64,000 nucleotides of DNA, from contig CAVWXS010000018.1 in the NCBI GenBank assembly GCA_963758885.1, positions 2,717-66,716 on the forward strand. The letters run 5' to 3'. The translations under genes were made by a program, and so were the position numbers. The stretch's first letter is position 1. Each line of letters opens with the position of its first letter. This DNA is from an uncultured Actinomycetota bacterium (lineage in GTDB: Bacteria > Actinomycetota > Actinomycetes > Propionibacteriales > Nocardioidaceae). This document shows positions 19,562 to 29,395 of the stretch, piece after piece. The notes under the pieces were generated by a model. That model was not told where the DNA came from. It saw only the letters and a list, made by a program, of their open reading frames with translations, and did no database searches.

Positions 19562-20347
19562 GTGTCCCGCCAACCTGTGTCCCTGTTCCTGTCCGCCGTC
19601 GGCTATGCGGGGTTCGTCGTCGTCACGCTGTGGACCATCGCCTTCCTCGCCGGAGTCGTCGTCCCCCGGACCGTGGACGGACCAGCGCGCACCAACGCGA
19701 CGATCGCCGTGGCCGTCGACCTGGCCCTCCTCGCGCTGTTCGCTGTGCAGCACTCGGTGATGGCGCGTCGTGGCGTCAAGCTGTGGCTGCGTCGCCGGAT
19801 CCCTGCGTCGCTCGAGCGCACGTCGTACGTCCTCGCCACCGACATCTGCCTCGTCCTGGTGGTGGCGCTGTGGCAGCCCTGGGGCGGCCAGGTCTGGCAC
19901 GTCCACGGCATGGCCGCGGTCGTCCTGTGGACGTTGTGCGCGGCCGGCTGGGTGCTGGCGATCTCGGCCACGTTCGCGGTCGACCACCTCGAGCTCACCG
20001 GGCTGCGGCAGGCCGGCTGGGCGGCCCCTCGAGAGTCCGTCACGACCTCCGAGCTGCAGGTCGGAGGCCTCCACGCCATCGTGCGACACCCACTGATGAC
20101 CGGACTGGTCCTGGCCTTCTGGGCGACCCCGCACATGGGCGCCTCGCACCTTCTCTTCGCGCTCGCCTCGACCGCCTACATCGCGGTCGGGGTCAGGTTC
20201 GAGGAGCGCGACCTACGGCGCTCGTTCGGAGCGTCGTACGACGCCTACGCCGCCCAGGTCCCGGCGCTGGTACCCAGACTCCGCAGAAGGGGTCAGGACA
20301 GGGCGGCGCAGAGGTCGTCGTACTCGCCGTCGTCGGTGGGTCCGTGA
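19562..20347 (+). CDS. Membrane methyltransferase, isoprenylcysteine carboxyl methyltransferase / MddA (methanethiol S-methyltransferase)-like
   Basis: LFAVQHSVMAR, ERTSYVLA, LWQP, DHLELTGLRQ, VRHPLMTG, FEERDL; several TM segments. Confidence 0.82.
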   Translation: MSRQPVSLFLSAVGYAGFVVVTLWTIAFLAGVVVPRTVDGPARTNATIAVAVDLALLALFAVQHSVMARRGVKLWLRRRIPASLERTSYVLATDICLVLVVALWQPWGGQVWHVHGMAAVVLWTLCAAGWVLAISATFAVDHLELTGLRQAGWAAPRESVTTSELQVGGLHAIVRHPLMTGLVLAFWATPHMGASHLLFALASTAYIAVGVRFEERDLRRSFGASYDAYAAQVPALVPRLRRRGQDRAAQRSSYSPSSVGP

Positions 20348-20440
20348 TAGCCGACGACCTGCCCCGTGGTGTCGTCGAACGGCAACCGGCCCGTGCCGAG
20401 ACTGATCGTGCCCCCGCCACCGGGCTGGTGGACCAGACGT
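20293..20440 (-). pseudogene. C-terminal remnant of a secreted protein ending LCAALS
   Basis: LVHQPGGGGTISLGTGRLPFDDTTGQVVGYHGPTDDGEYDDLCAALS* resembles the C-terminus encoded at 56833-56979; no plausible N-terminus. Confidence 0.5.
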
Positions 20441-20498
20441 GTTGACGACATCTTCGGTTCAGAGGCCATCAGCCAGATCCACCGGTAACTTGCCCGGC

Positions 20499-21048
20499 AT
20501 GCCCGAGCTCGGACCCGTCGCCTGGCCACCTGCGCCGATCAGGACCGATCGGCTCGTGCTCCGTGAGCCCGAGGCCCGGGACCGTGCGGCGGTCATCGAG
20601 CTGCTGGCATCGCCAGAGGTGAGCACCTACCTCGGTGGCCCTCGACCGCGTGATGAGCTCGAGCGCGCGGTGCCAGAGGTGCCGAGCCGGCGACCTGGCC
20701 TGTTTCGTGGTCGATCTCGACGGAGCGATGATCGGCACGATCACGCTCGATCGGCGCGACGCATCGCGTCCGGGTCACGTCAGTCCGGATGCCGGGGAGG
20801 CCGAGCTCGGTTACCTGTTCCTGCCGGAGGCATGGGGATGCGGGTACGCCGCCGAGGGGTGCGCAGCCGCACTCGGCTGGTTCGCCGGGGCCCTTCCCGG
20901 CGAGCCGGTGGTGCTGTGCACCCAGACCGCCAACCACCGCTCGATGCGCCTCGCGGCGAAGCTGGGGTTCACCGAGGTGGAGCGGTTCGAGGAGTTCGGC
21001 GCCGAGCAGTGGTTCGGTGTGTGGTCCTCGGTCACGCCGTCCGGTTGA
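20499..21048 (+). CDS. GNAT (RimJ/RimL-type) N-acetyltransferase (frameshift near 20700)
   Basis: IRTDRLVLRE; AELGYLFLPEAWGCGYAAE; ANHRSMRLAAKLGF. Confidence 0.85.
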
Positions 21049-21086
21049 GGCGTCTCGACGTCGCCGCTGAGTGCCAAGGTGTCCCC

Positions 21087-22776
21087 ATGACCCGGGTCTC
21101 GCTGTCGCGACTGCCGGGCGACCGCGTGCTCGTCGTCGAGGGTGCGTCGACGAGCGAGGTCGCAGCGGCTGACCTCCCGGCGTACGTGAGAGAGCGCGAG
21201 GTCGACGCGCCGCGCTGGGTGTGGGACGACACCGCGCGGTGGTACCCGTCGCTGCTGGCGGCGGGGGTGCGGGTCGAGCGCTGCCATGACCTCCGGCTGG
21301 GCCACCACCTGCTGCGGCGCGCGCCGGCGGTGGATGTGCAGCTGCTGGAAGGTGACCAGTCGCAGCACTGGGACGCGTTCGGACCCAGCACGCCGTCCGA
21401 CCCAGCGCTGTTCTCGGTGGACGACACGACCGAGCACCTGCGGGCCGACCTCGAGGACGCCCGGCAGCTGGCCACCGTGGCGGCGTCGGCCGAGTCCAGC
21501 CGCCTGGGGCTGCTGCTCGCGGCCGAGTCCTCGGGCGCGCTCGTCGCGGCCGAGATGACGTACGCCGGCGTGCCCTGGCGCATCGACGTCCACCAGCGTC
21601 TGCTCAGCGAGCTGCTCGGGCCGCGGCCGCCACGCGGCGCCCGGCCGCAGAAGGTCGAGGCCTTGGCCGAAGAGGTGCGCGTCGCGTTCGGCGCGCCGGG
21701 CCTCAACCCCGACTCGCGGCCCGAGCTGCTGGCCGCGCTGCGCCGAGCCGGTCTGGACGTCGCGGACACGCGCGCATCCACGCTCCGCCGGCTCGACCAC
21801 CCGGGCATCGCGCCCCTGCTGCGCTACAAGCAGCTCGCCCACCTGTTCTCGACCAACGGCTGGGCCTGGATCGACCAGTGGGTGAGCGGCGACCGGTTCC
21901 GCCCGTCGTACCAGCCTGCTGGCTCCACGACGGGCCGGTGGTCGTCCAACGGCGGCGGCGCGCTGTCGTTCCCCGTGCAGGTGCGGTCCGCGGCCGTGGC
22001 GGACGACGGCTGGGTGTTCGTCGTCGCCGACGTCGCTCAGCTCGAACCGCGGGTGCTCGCGGGCATGAGCGGCGACCGTGCGCTGGCCAGGTCGGCTCGC
22101 GGCACCGACCTCTACCAGGGGATGGTCGACGACGGGGCGGTGGCCACGCGCAAGGACGCCAAGCTCGGCCTGCTGGGTGCGATGTACGGCGCCACGAGCG
22201 GCGAGAGCGGCCGCATGGTCGCGGGACTCACCCGCCGCTACCCCGACGCCTTCGGCCTGGTCGAGGAGGCGGCCCGTGCGGGTGAGCGGGGCCAGGTGGT
22301 CCGCACGCTGCTCGGACGTGGGTCGCCGACCGTGGGCGACGCCTGGGACCGCGACCCCGACGACCCGCCTGCGGATCCTGACAGCCAGACCCGCCACCGG
22401 CGCGCGTACGGCCGCTTCACCCGCAACTTCGTCGTCCAGGGCACGGGCGCCGAGTGGGCGCTGTGCTGGATCGCCGACCTGCGCAACCGGCTCTGGCGCC
22501 TGGGCGACTGGCACCACGGGGGACCCCGTCACCTCCCGGCCGCACCTCGTCTTCTTCCTCCACGACGAGGTCGTCGTGCACACTCCCGCCGCACTCGCCG
22601 ACCAGGTTGCCGAGCAGGCCCGCGAGGCGGCGACGACGGCAGCGGGCCTCCTGTTCCGAGACCTCTCGATCGACTTCCCGCTCAACATCTCGATCGTTCG
22701 GTCCTACGCAGACGCAGGCAAGCCCGGAGCTCCGGACGTCGAACGTCCGGAACCGCTCGTACCCTCGGCGCCATGA
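21087..22776 (+). CDS. Short family-A DNA polymerase (actinobacterial 'bifunctional 3'-5' exonuclease/DNA polymerase'; frameshift near 22510)
   Basis: TTGRWSS; motif A VVADVAQLEPRVLA; motif B RKDAKLGLLGAMYG; RNFVVQGTGAE; motif C FFLHDEVVV in the shifted frame. Confidence 0.87.
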
Positions 22777-23367
22777 GCGACAACCCGAACGACACCCGAA
22801 GACCCGAACGACACCCCGTGGGAGCCGCCGTTCTCCGGCTCGGAGGTCGAGCACGTCCTCGGTGCACTCGACCGGCTGCGCTGGACGTTCCGCTTCAAGG
22901 CCGACGGGCTCGACGCGGCTGGGCTGGGCACCCGCCTCGGCCCGTCGTCACTGACCCTGGGCGGGCTCCTCAAGCACCTGGCCACCCAGGAGGACTTCGC
23001 GACGGCGGTCAAGATGGACGGCGAGGAGATGCCGCCCGAGTGGGCGGACAACGCGTGGGACGACGACGTCGACTGGGAGTTCTCCTCCGCGGCGGGCGAC
23101 AGTCCCGAGGAGCTCTACGCGCGGTACGACGGCGCGGTCGCGCGTGCCCGCGAGCGGTTGCGCGTCCGGATCGAGAAGGGTGGCCTCGACCAGCAGGTGG
23201 CTCTCGCGGAGAAGCTCGGTGAGCCGGTCAGCCTGCGCAGGATCGTGTGCGACCTGGTCGAGGAGTACGGCCGCCACACCGGCCAGGCCGACCTCATCCG
23301 CGAGGCCGTCGACGGTCGCGTGGGGGAGGACCCGCCCCCGGGCTGGCGCCCCCAGTCCGTTCGTTGA
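22773..23367 (+). CDS. DinB/DUF664 (mycothiol transferase-like) family protein (N-terminal frameshift)
   Basis: PWEPP...LDRLRWTFRFKADGLD...LTLGGLLKHLA...EEYGRHTGQADLIREAVDG; ATGA overlap with the polymerase gene. Confidence 0.85.
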
Positions 23368-23507
23368 GTTGGCCCAAATGGTCTGTTGAATTGGCCCGAA
23401 TGGCTCGGCTGACCTGGCACCCAAGGATTCTGTCGGGTCCATTTGAGCCAACTCGACGCGCCATTCGGGCCAATTCAACGAGCCATTTGGGCCAACTCAA
23501 CGAACGG
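23357..23507. repeat. 151-bp palindromic element with 25-bp perfect terminal inverted repeats and five internal 19-bp subrepeats
   Basis: CCGTTCGTTGAGTTGGCCCAAATGG (23357-23381) is the exact reverse complement of 23483-23507; the unit GTTGARTTGGCCCRAATGG occurs twice forward and three times inverted. Confidence 0.88.
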
Positions 23508-23585
23508 CTGGGCACCGCGACGCCGAGGACCACTGGCGGGCCCTCGGCGTCGGGTGGGGGGATCTTTCAGGGTTCTACTGATGGA

Positions 23586-25366
23586 TCAGGATCGGACGAC
23601 CACCTGCTCGCAGCTGGTCGCGACCTTGTCCTTGGCGTCGACGACGACCTTGTCGACCCCGCCGCCGCAGCGGAGGGTGTCGACCTTGCCGTCGAAGGCG
23701 AAGATCTGGTCGTTGCCCTGGCCGCCCTGCAGGATGTCCTTGCCCCTGCCGCCGGTGAGGCGGTCGGCGTCCTTGCCGCCGAGCAGGAGGTCCGTGCCGG
23801 CCCCGCCGTTGACCTTGTCCTTGCCGACGCCGCCGTTGAGCTTGTCGTTGTCGCGACCGCCGAGGACCTTGTCGTTGCCCTTCTGGCCGCGGACGCGGTC
23901 GTTGCCGCCCTGACCCGTGAGCACGTCCCGGCCGGCGTTGCCGGAGACCACGTCCCTGCCGGCCTGGCCGCGCAGCGTGTCGTTGCCCGAACCGCCCTTG
24001 AGGCAGTCGTTGTCGCCGAGCCCGAGCAGCCGGTCGTTGCCCTGCAGCCCACGGAGCAGGTCGCGCCCGTTGGTCCCGCGGAGCGTCTCACCGCTGGTGA
24101 AGCCGTCCTGGACGAGTGCGGCAGCACCTTGGCACGAACCGGTCGCGGCTCCGTTGGGCATGGTGTCGCAGACGTCGCCGATGCCGTCGCCGTCCTTGTC
24201 CGACTGTCCTGCGTTAGGAGTGGTGACGCAGTTGTCGGTCGCGTCCGGAACGCCGTCGGCGTCGGTGTCGGGCCCGTTGGGCGTGCTGTCGCACGCGTCG
24301 CCGATGCCGTCCTTGTCCTTGTCGGACTGTCCGGTGTTGATCGTCGCGTCGCAGTTGTCGGTCGCGTCCGGGATGGTGTCGTTGTCGGTGTCAGGACCGC
24401 CCGGCGTGCTGTCGCAGGCGTCGCCGGTCCCGTCGCCGTCCGCGTCGGCCTGGTTCGTGTTGGGCGTCGTGACGCAGTTGTCGCCTGCGTCGGGCACGCC
24501 GTCGCTGTCGATGTCGCCGGTCGTCTGGTCGCACGCGTCGCCGAGTCCGTCGTCGTCGGCGTCCGCCTGGTCGGCGTTCGGCGTCGTGACGCAGTTGTCG
24601 GTGTCGTCGAACACACCGTCGCTGTCGGTGTCGGTGGGCACCGTGTCGGCCTTGGTGGCCCGCAGGAGCACGTTGTCGTAGTCGAAGGTGCCACCCACCA
24701 GCACCCGGGCGAGCGCGTCGAACTCCGTGATCACGCGGATCTCGTAGTCGTCACCGATGGTCAGGTCGGCCGGGTCGATGTCCACGGCAGCGATCGACTG
24801 CCAGGTCGCCTGGTTGGTGACCTGCTTGTCCAGCAGCTCGAGGTTGGTGTCCTCGTCCACGTCGTGCAGGACGACGCGGTACTCCGCGTCGGTCAGCACA
24901 CCCAGCAGCTGCGCGGCCTGCACCCGGCGGTCCATGGTGAAGAACAACGAGTCGGGCACGTCGCCACCGGCGCCGTCGTAGGTGAACGTCGGGCTCGTCC
25001 AGGTGACCTTGGCCGAGTCGAGCAGGCCGACGATCGTCGTACCGACGGAGGTGCGGATGAACCCGTCGATCGTCTCCACCCGCGCCGTCACTGGCCACGT
25101 ACGCGCTGTCGACCGCGAGGCACGTCACGCCCTCGATCAGGCACGGCAGCGCCGTGTGGGTCTCGACGTCGGTCCAGCCGCCGACCGAAGCGCCGAAGTC
25201 TCGGGACACCTGGGTCGGGTGGTAGTCGTCGCTCACGGCGGCGGCTGCCGTGGCGGTGCCGACGCTGATGGCGATCGCGGCGGCGACCGCCGTGAAGATC
25301 CGCGAGGCTCGGAGCCTGCGGCGACGACCTCTCCGGAGGGTCGGTTGATGGGACGTGGTCCGTCAT
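23586..25366 (-). CDS. Secreted Ca-binding protein with thrombospondin type-3 repeats and RTX/hemolysin-type GGxGxD repeats (frameshifts at about 25330 and 25090)
   Basis: Four DxDxDGxxDxxDNC/DxDxDGxGDACD pairs; more than 10 GGxGxDxLx nonamers; signal-like RIFTAVAAAIAISVGTATAAA. Confidence 0.85.
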
Positions 25367-25522
25367 GTGTGCTCCCGTGGGGGGTCGGGCTTCGGTCACG
25401 GAAAGCGAGGGTTTACTCGCACGTGGCCTTCGTGAAGAACTCAACGGAGGGGCAACACGAGGGTTACGCGGGCGATCGAAACATCTGGACCAGTGTCCGA
25501 GGGCGTTGTCAGTCGTGGCCGA

Positions 25523-26692
25523 TCAGTCGGGGTTGCGCAGCACGAGCCGGTAGGCCTGGATCACGTCGCGGGCGAACCCGTCGACGCATCCCCACAGGTA
25601 CAGCCGGAACAGGCGGTACTGGCGCGAGCCCCACCGCGCCTCGACCGTCGCCCGGGCGGCGTCGAGGTTCTCGGCCCACCGGCGGGTGGTGATGCCGTAG
25701 TTCTCGCGGTCGTTGACCACCACCTCGAGCTCGAGCGGCGATCGGCTGAGGGCGGCGACGTAGTCCTGGAGGGACAGCGGGGAGCCGTTGCCCCGGAAGA
25801 TCTGGCTCTCGAAGAAGGTCGTCACCCGGTTCTTGCGGCGGGCCGCGCTGGCGTCGAGGTAGACCCGCCCGCCCGGCTTCAGCAGCGTCCGGTACGCCGC
25901 CAGCGTGCGCGCGTAGTCCGGCAGGTGCTCGGTGACCCCGAGGTTGACGATGGCGTCGTAGGGCTGGTCGGGACGGTGGGCGAAGAAGTGCTCGCGGCGG
26001 ATCTCGCAGGGCAACCCCTGGTCGTCGATGATCGCCTGCACGAATGTCCGCGACGCCTCCGAGATCGTCAGCGACGTGACCTGCAACCCGTGCTGGCCGC
26101 CGTACTCGACGAAGGCGCCCCAGCCGCCGCCGATGTCGAGCACCCGCGCTCCCGGGCCCACGCCGATCGCCTCGAGCGCGTAGTCGAGCTTGCGGGTGAT
26201 GCCGTCCTCGAGCGGCTCGTCCGGGTGCTCGAAGACTCCCTGGGAGTAGGCGCGGTGCCGGCGGTCGAGGAAGGACAGGAAGAAGTCGGGGTCGTTCTCG
26301 TAGTGGTGCTCGATGTAGTCGTGGTCGCTGCGGACCTGCCCCCGCAGCAGCGGGCGGACGAACTTGGCGGCGTACTGCACCGGGTGCCGGTCGGTGAGGA
26401 TGGCGCGCAGCGCCAGCAGCTGGGAGAGGTCTCCTTCGGTGTCGAGGTCGCCGTCGAGGTAGGCCCCGCCCGCGCGGACGATGTCGAAGCTGCTGAGCGC
26501 GTCGAGCCCTTGCCTGTTGCAGACGACGAGCGTCGCTTGCGGCTCGCCCACCCCGACGGCGGCCTCGCTGCCGTCGAGCATCCTGACCGCGAACGGCGTC
26601 GTGCTGCCGGAGTCCGCGTAGCGCCTGCGGATCTCGGCGACCAGCCGGTGCGGGCTCGCCTGGTCCCGGTTGAGCGACTGGCTGGTGGTCAT
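25523..26692 (-). CDS. Cyclopropane-fatty-acid synthase-like SAM methyltransferase
   Basis: GGAYLDGDLD, IEHHYE, AYSQG, VLDIGGGWG, GVTEH, YRLFRLYLWGC. Confidence 0.88.
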   Translation of the reverse strand: MTTSQSLNRDQASPHRLVAEIRRRYADSGSTTPFAVRMLDGSEAAVGVGEPQATLVVCNRQGLDALSSFDIVRAGGAYLDGDLDTEGDLSQLLALRAILTDRHPVQYAAKFVRPLLRGQVRSDHDYIEHHYENDPDFFLSFLDRRHRAYSQGVFEHPDEPLEDGITRKLDYALEAIGVGPGARVLDIGGGWGAFVEYGGQHGLQVTSLTISEASRTFVQAIIDDQGLPCEIRREHFFAHRPDQPYDAIVNLGVTEHLPDYARTLAAYRTLLKPGGRVYLDASAARRKNRVTTFFESQIFRGNGSPLSLQDYVAALSRSPLELEVVVNDRENYGITTRRWAENLDAARATVEARWGSRQYRLFRLYLWGCVDGFARDVIQAYRLVLRNPD

Positions 26693-28917
26693 CGGGCCGC
26701 CACCCTGCCGGGCAGCGGCTCGGACGACTCGCGCCGGGCGCGCCAGGCGGCGATCGCCTCGACTGCGTGCTCGTAGCCCGCGGCGACGAGGTCGTCGAGC
26801 GCCTCCCAGTCGGTCATCCGGAAGGCGTCGACCGGCGGGCGAAGAGCGAGGTCGGCGCCCTCGACGGCCGCGCGCTGTCGGTAGGTGCTGTGCAGCATGG
26901 CCGCCCGCATGGCGACCTCGGCGATCGACGGGAAGGTGTCATGTGGCACGGCCTCGCCCTTCTTGACCCGCCTGGTCCGGCTGCGGACCGCCTCCCACGC
27001 CGTCGGCACCCGGTCCCGCAGGAAGCGTGCGTCGGTCTCGACGGTGACCTCCGAGGCGATCACCGTGCCAGCGCCCCAGGACCGCAGCAACCGGGTCGGC
27101 ACGTTGTCGAGGAGACCGCCGTCCACGAGCAGGTGACTGCCGTCGACGACCGGGACGGCGACGCCCGGCAAGGAGGAGCTGGCGGTCACCGCCCACAGCA
27201 CCGAGCCCCGTCGGTGGATCGCCGGCGTCGCGGTGGTGAGGTTGCTGGAGACGCAGTAGAAGGGCAGCCAGAGGTCCTCGATGTCGTAGTCGTCGTACAT
27301 CAGACGGCCGCACTCGAGCGCCTTCTTGCTGCCGAGGATCGAGACCACCGGAAGCGTCAACCGCTTCTGCGGCGCGATCTCGATCCAGACCCGGCGGTTG
27401 ACCTCGACCATGCGGTCGGGCGACCAGCACATCGCGGCCTGGGCCGCCATGTTGGCGCCCATGCTCGTGCCGGCGACCACGTCGACCGGGATACCGGCCT
27501 CCTCCAGCGCTCGCAGCGAGCCGATGTGCGCGAAGCCGCGGGCACCGCCTCCGCCCAGCCCGAGGCCGACCGCCTGGCCGGCGATGAAGCGGGCCAGGCG
27601 CTCGACGTCGCCCCGACGGTCCCACCGGACGTGGTGGTGACGGTGCACCTTGCGGTCGGCCAGCCACCGCTTCGTGCCACGGGGGAGCTGGTCGCCGTTG
27701 GGGTGCACCAGTGCGAGCAGCCGGGGCGCGGCCGTCGCCTGGGTGTCGCCGGTGAGCAGAGCGAGCTCGGCGGCTCCTGGCCGCGGGTCGCGCGTCGCGT
27801 CGGCGAGCAGCAGCACGCGGTCGGCACGCCGCAGGCAGCGACGGGTCCACGGGCTGTCGCTGCCGTCGGTCTGGTACACGGTGAAGCGGCGGTTGCTCTC
27901 GCGGGCGTCGAGCCAGGCCGACAGCCTGGCGCTCGCTTCCACGTTCTCGGGCACGGCCGAGATGCCCTCTTCGTCCATCAGCTGCTCGACCGTCGTGGCG
28001 TCGAGGTGCACCGACGAGGACAGGCCGGCCAGGGCGGCGGTGAGCCGCTGGCAGAACTCTCGGGTGGGCGCTTGGGGCGTCACGGGTACGACGACCACGA
28101 CCGTCACGTTGGCGCCACCGGTAGGGCGGTCGGCGGCGTGGAGCCGCTCGACGACCGAGCGCGTGATCGAGCGCAGGATGCCGGGCCGACCGGCGAGCAG
28201 CGCCTCGAACTCGACCGTGCTGAAGCCGACCACCACGCTCGGACGCACAGCACGAAGCTGCTCGCGAGTGTCCTTGCCGCCGAAGAATCGCAGCTCGCCG
28301 ACGGTGTCGCCCCGCCCGGCCTCGTCGACCACGACGCCGTCCTCGTCGAGCACCTCCACCAGGCCGCTCACCACCAGGTGGATCGCCTCGGGCGGGTCGA
28401 GCACCTCGCCCCGGCTGAGCTCCTGCCAGGCGGCCGCGTCGGAGACCTGGTCGAGCAACGGCTCGTCCAGCGTGCCGAGGACGGGGTGGAGGCTGCACAA
28501 GAGCTCGCGGCGGTGCATCCGCTCGAGGGCGTCGCGCAACGGCGCCGAGCGGTCGGCCCAGTTGTCGACGTCGGCGCCGGGCACCCGGGCGACCGTGGCC
28601 TCGCTCGCGGCCCGCACCACGACGCTCCCGAGCCCGCCGGCCAAGGTCTGGAGATCGTCGAGCGCCTCGCCGGGCCTCAGGTCTCGGACCGGGATGACCC
28701 GGTCGTGGGTGGTCTCGAGGACGTCGAGGCTGCCCGTGAGGACGACGAACAGCGCGTCGCCGCGCTCGCCGGCCAGGTCGAGCACCTCGCCGGTGTCGAG
28801 GTGTACCTCGTCGGCGACGGCCGAGAGGCCCGCCAGCACCTCCGGCTCCACCCCTTGGAGGGCTCGCGCCCCGTGCAGGGTCTCCACGACGCCCACGTCC
28901 CACACCCCCTCGAACAA
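26689..28917 (-). CDS. Two cNMP-binding domains plus patatin phospholipase (NTE/RssA family)
   Basis: GGGGARG, GTSMG (catalytic Ser), DGG; N-terminal cNMP-like LFVVLTG and VGELRFF; ATGA overlap with the methyltransferase. Confidence 0.9.
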   Translation of the reverse strand: MFEGVWDVGVVETLHGARALQGVEPEVLAGLSAVADEVHLDTGEVLDLAGERGDALFVVLTGSLDVLETTHDRVIPVRDLRPGEALDDLQTLAGGLGSVVVRAASEATVARVPGADVDNWADRSAPLRDALERMHRRELLCSLHPVLGTLDEPLLDQVSDAAAWQELSRGEVLDPPEAIHLVVSGLVEVLDEDGVVVDEAGRGDTVGELRFFGGKDTREQLRAVRPSVVVGFSTVEFEALLAGRPGILRSITRSVVERLHAADRPTGGANVTVVVVVPVTPQAPTREFCQRLTAALAGLSSSVHLDATTVEQLMDEEGISAVPENVEASARLSAWLDARESNRRFTVYQTDGSDSPWTRRCLRRADRVLLLADATRDPRPGAAELALLTGDTQATAAPRLLALVHPNGDQLPRGTKRWLADRKVHRHHHVRWDRRGDVERLARFIAGQAVGLGLGGGGARGFAHIGSLRALEEAGIPVDVVAGTSMGANMAAQAAMCWSPDRMVEVNRRVWIEIAPQKRLTLPVVSILGSKKALECGRLMYDDYDIEDLWLPFYCVSSNLTTATPAIHRRGSVLWAVTASSSLPGVAVPVVDGSHLLVDGGLLDNVPTRLLRSWGAGTVIASEVTVETDARFLRDRVPTAWEAVRSRTRRVKKGEAVPHDTFPSIAEVAMRAAMLHSTYRQRAAVEGADLALRPPVDAFRMTDWEALDDLVAAGYEHAVEAIAAWRARRESSEPLPGRVAAR

Positions 28918-29221
28918 CCCCGCCGAACCCTTCCAGCGCGGCGGAAGGTATGTAAATGGCGACCCGGCGCAGCACCCACCCCCCGGCTAGACCAGTCGGG
29001 CGAGTGACGGGCGGGGGTGGGTGTCGGCCCCCGAGTGGTCGAGACCGACACCCACCTGGACGCGCCTACCGCATAGCGGTGACCTGAACGGGCGCGCCTG
29101 CGTTCCTCCCCCCGGCGGAACGACCCCAGCCTCCACGCACTTCGGCGTGAGTTCTGTCAGCGCACTGACACAACGTCGAAACCGCGTCCGGCTGTCTGGA
29201 CCGCCCCCGGCTCCGTTCGAC

Positions 29222-29315
29222 GAGCCTCGAAACCCGGTGGGTGGAGTGCGGCCGGGACCGCGGGTGACTCCAGGGGTTTCGAGGCTCGGCCGTGGACGGC
29301 CTCGCACCTCAACCA
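29222..29315. repeat. REP-like pair (inverted half-copy plus full copy) upstream of the DUF4132 operon
   Basis: GAGCCTCGAAACCC at ~29222 and GGGTTTCGAGGCTCGGCCGTGGACGGCCTCGCACCTCAACC at ~29275; same family as 2776 and 10704. Confidence 0.75.
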
Positions 29316-29395
29316 GCGATCGAGGGACGCCGTCGCCGCCGTCGATTACGGTCGGACACGCCCACGCTCGGGCGGAGAAGAGAGGCGTGACGGGG

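Noticed and set aside
20439-23222. 927-aa GNAT-polymerase fusion ORF
   Set aside because: Created by frameshifts in the GNAT and polymerase genes; the linking segments are out-of-frame, low-complexity translation.
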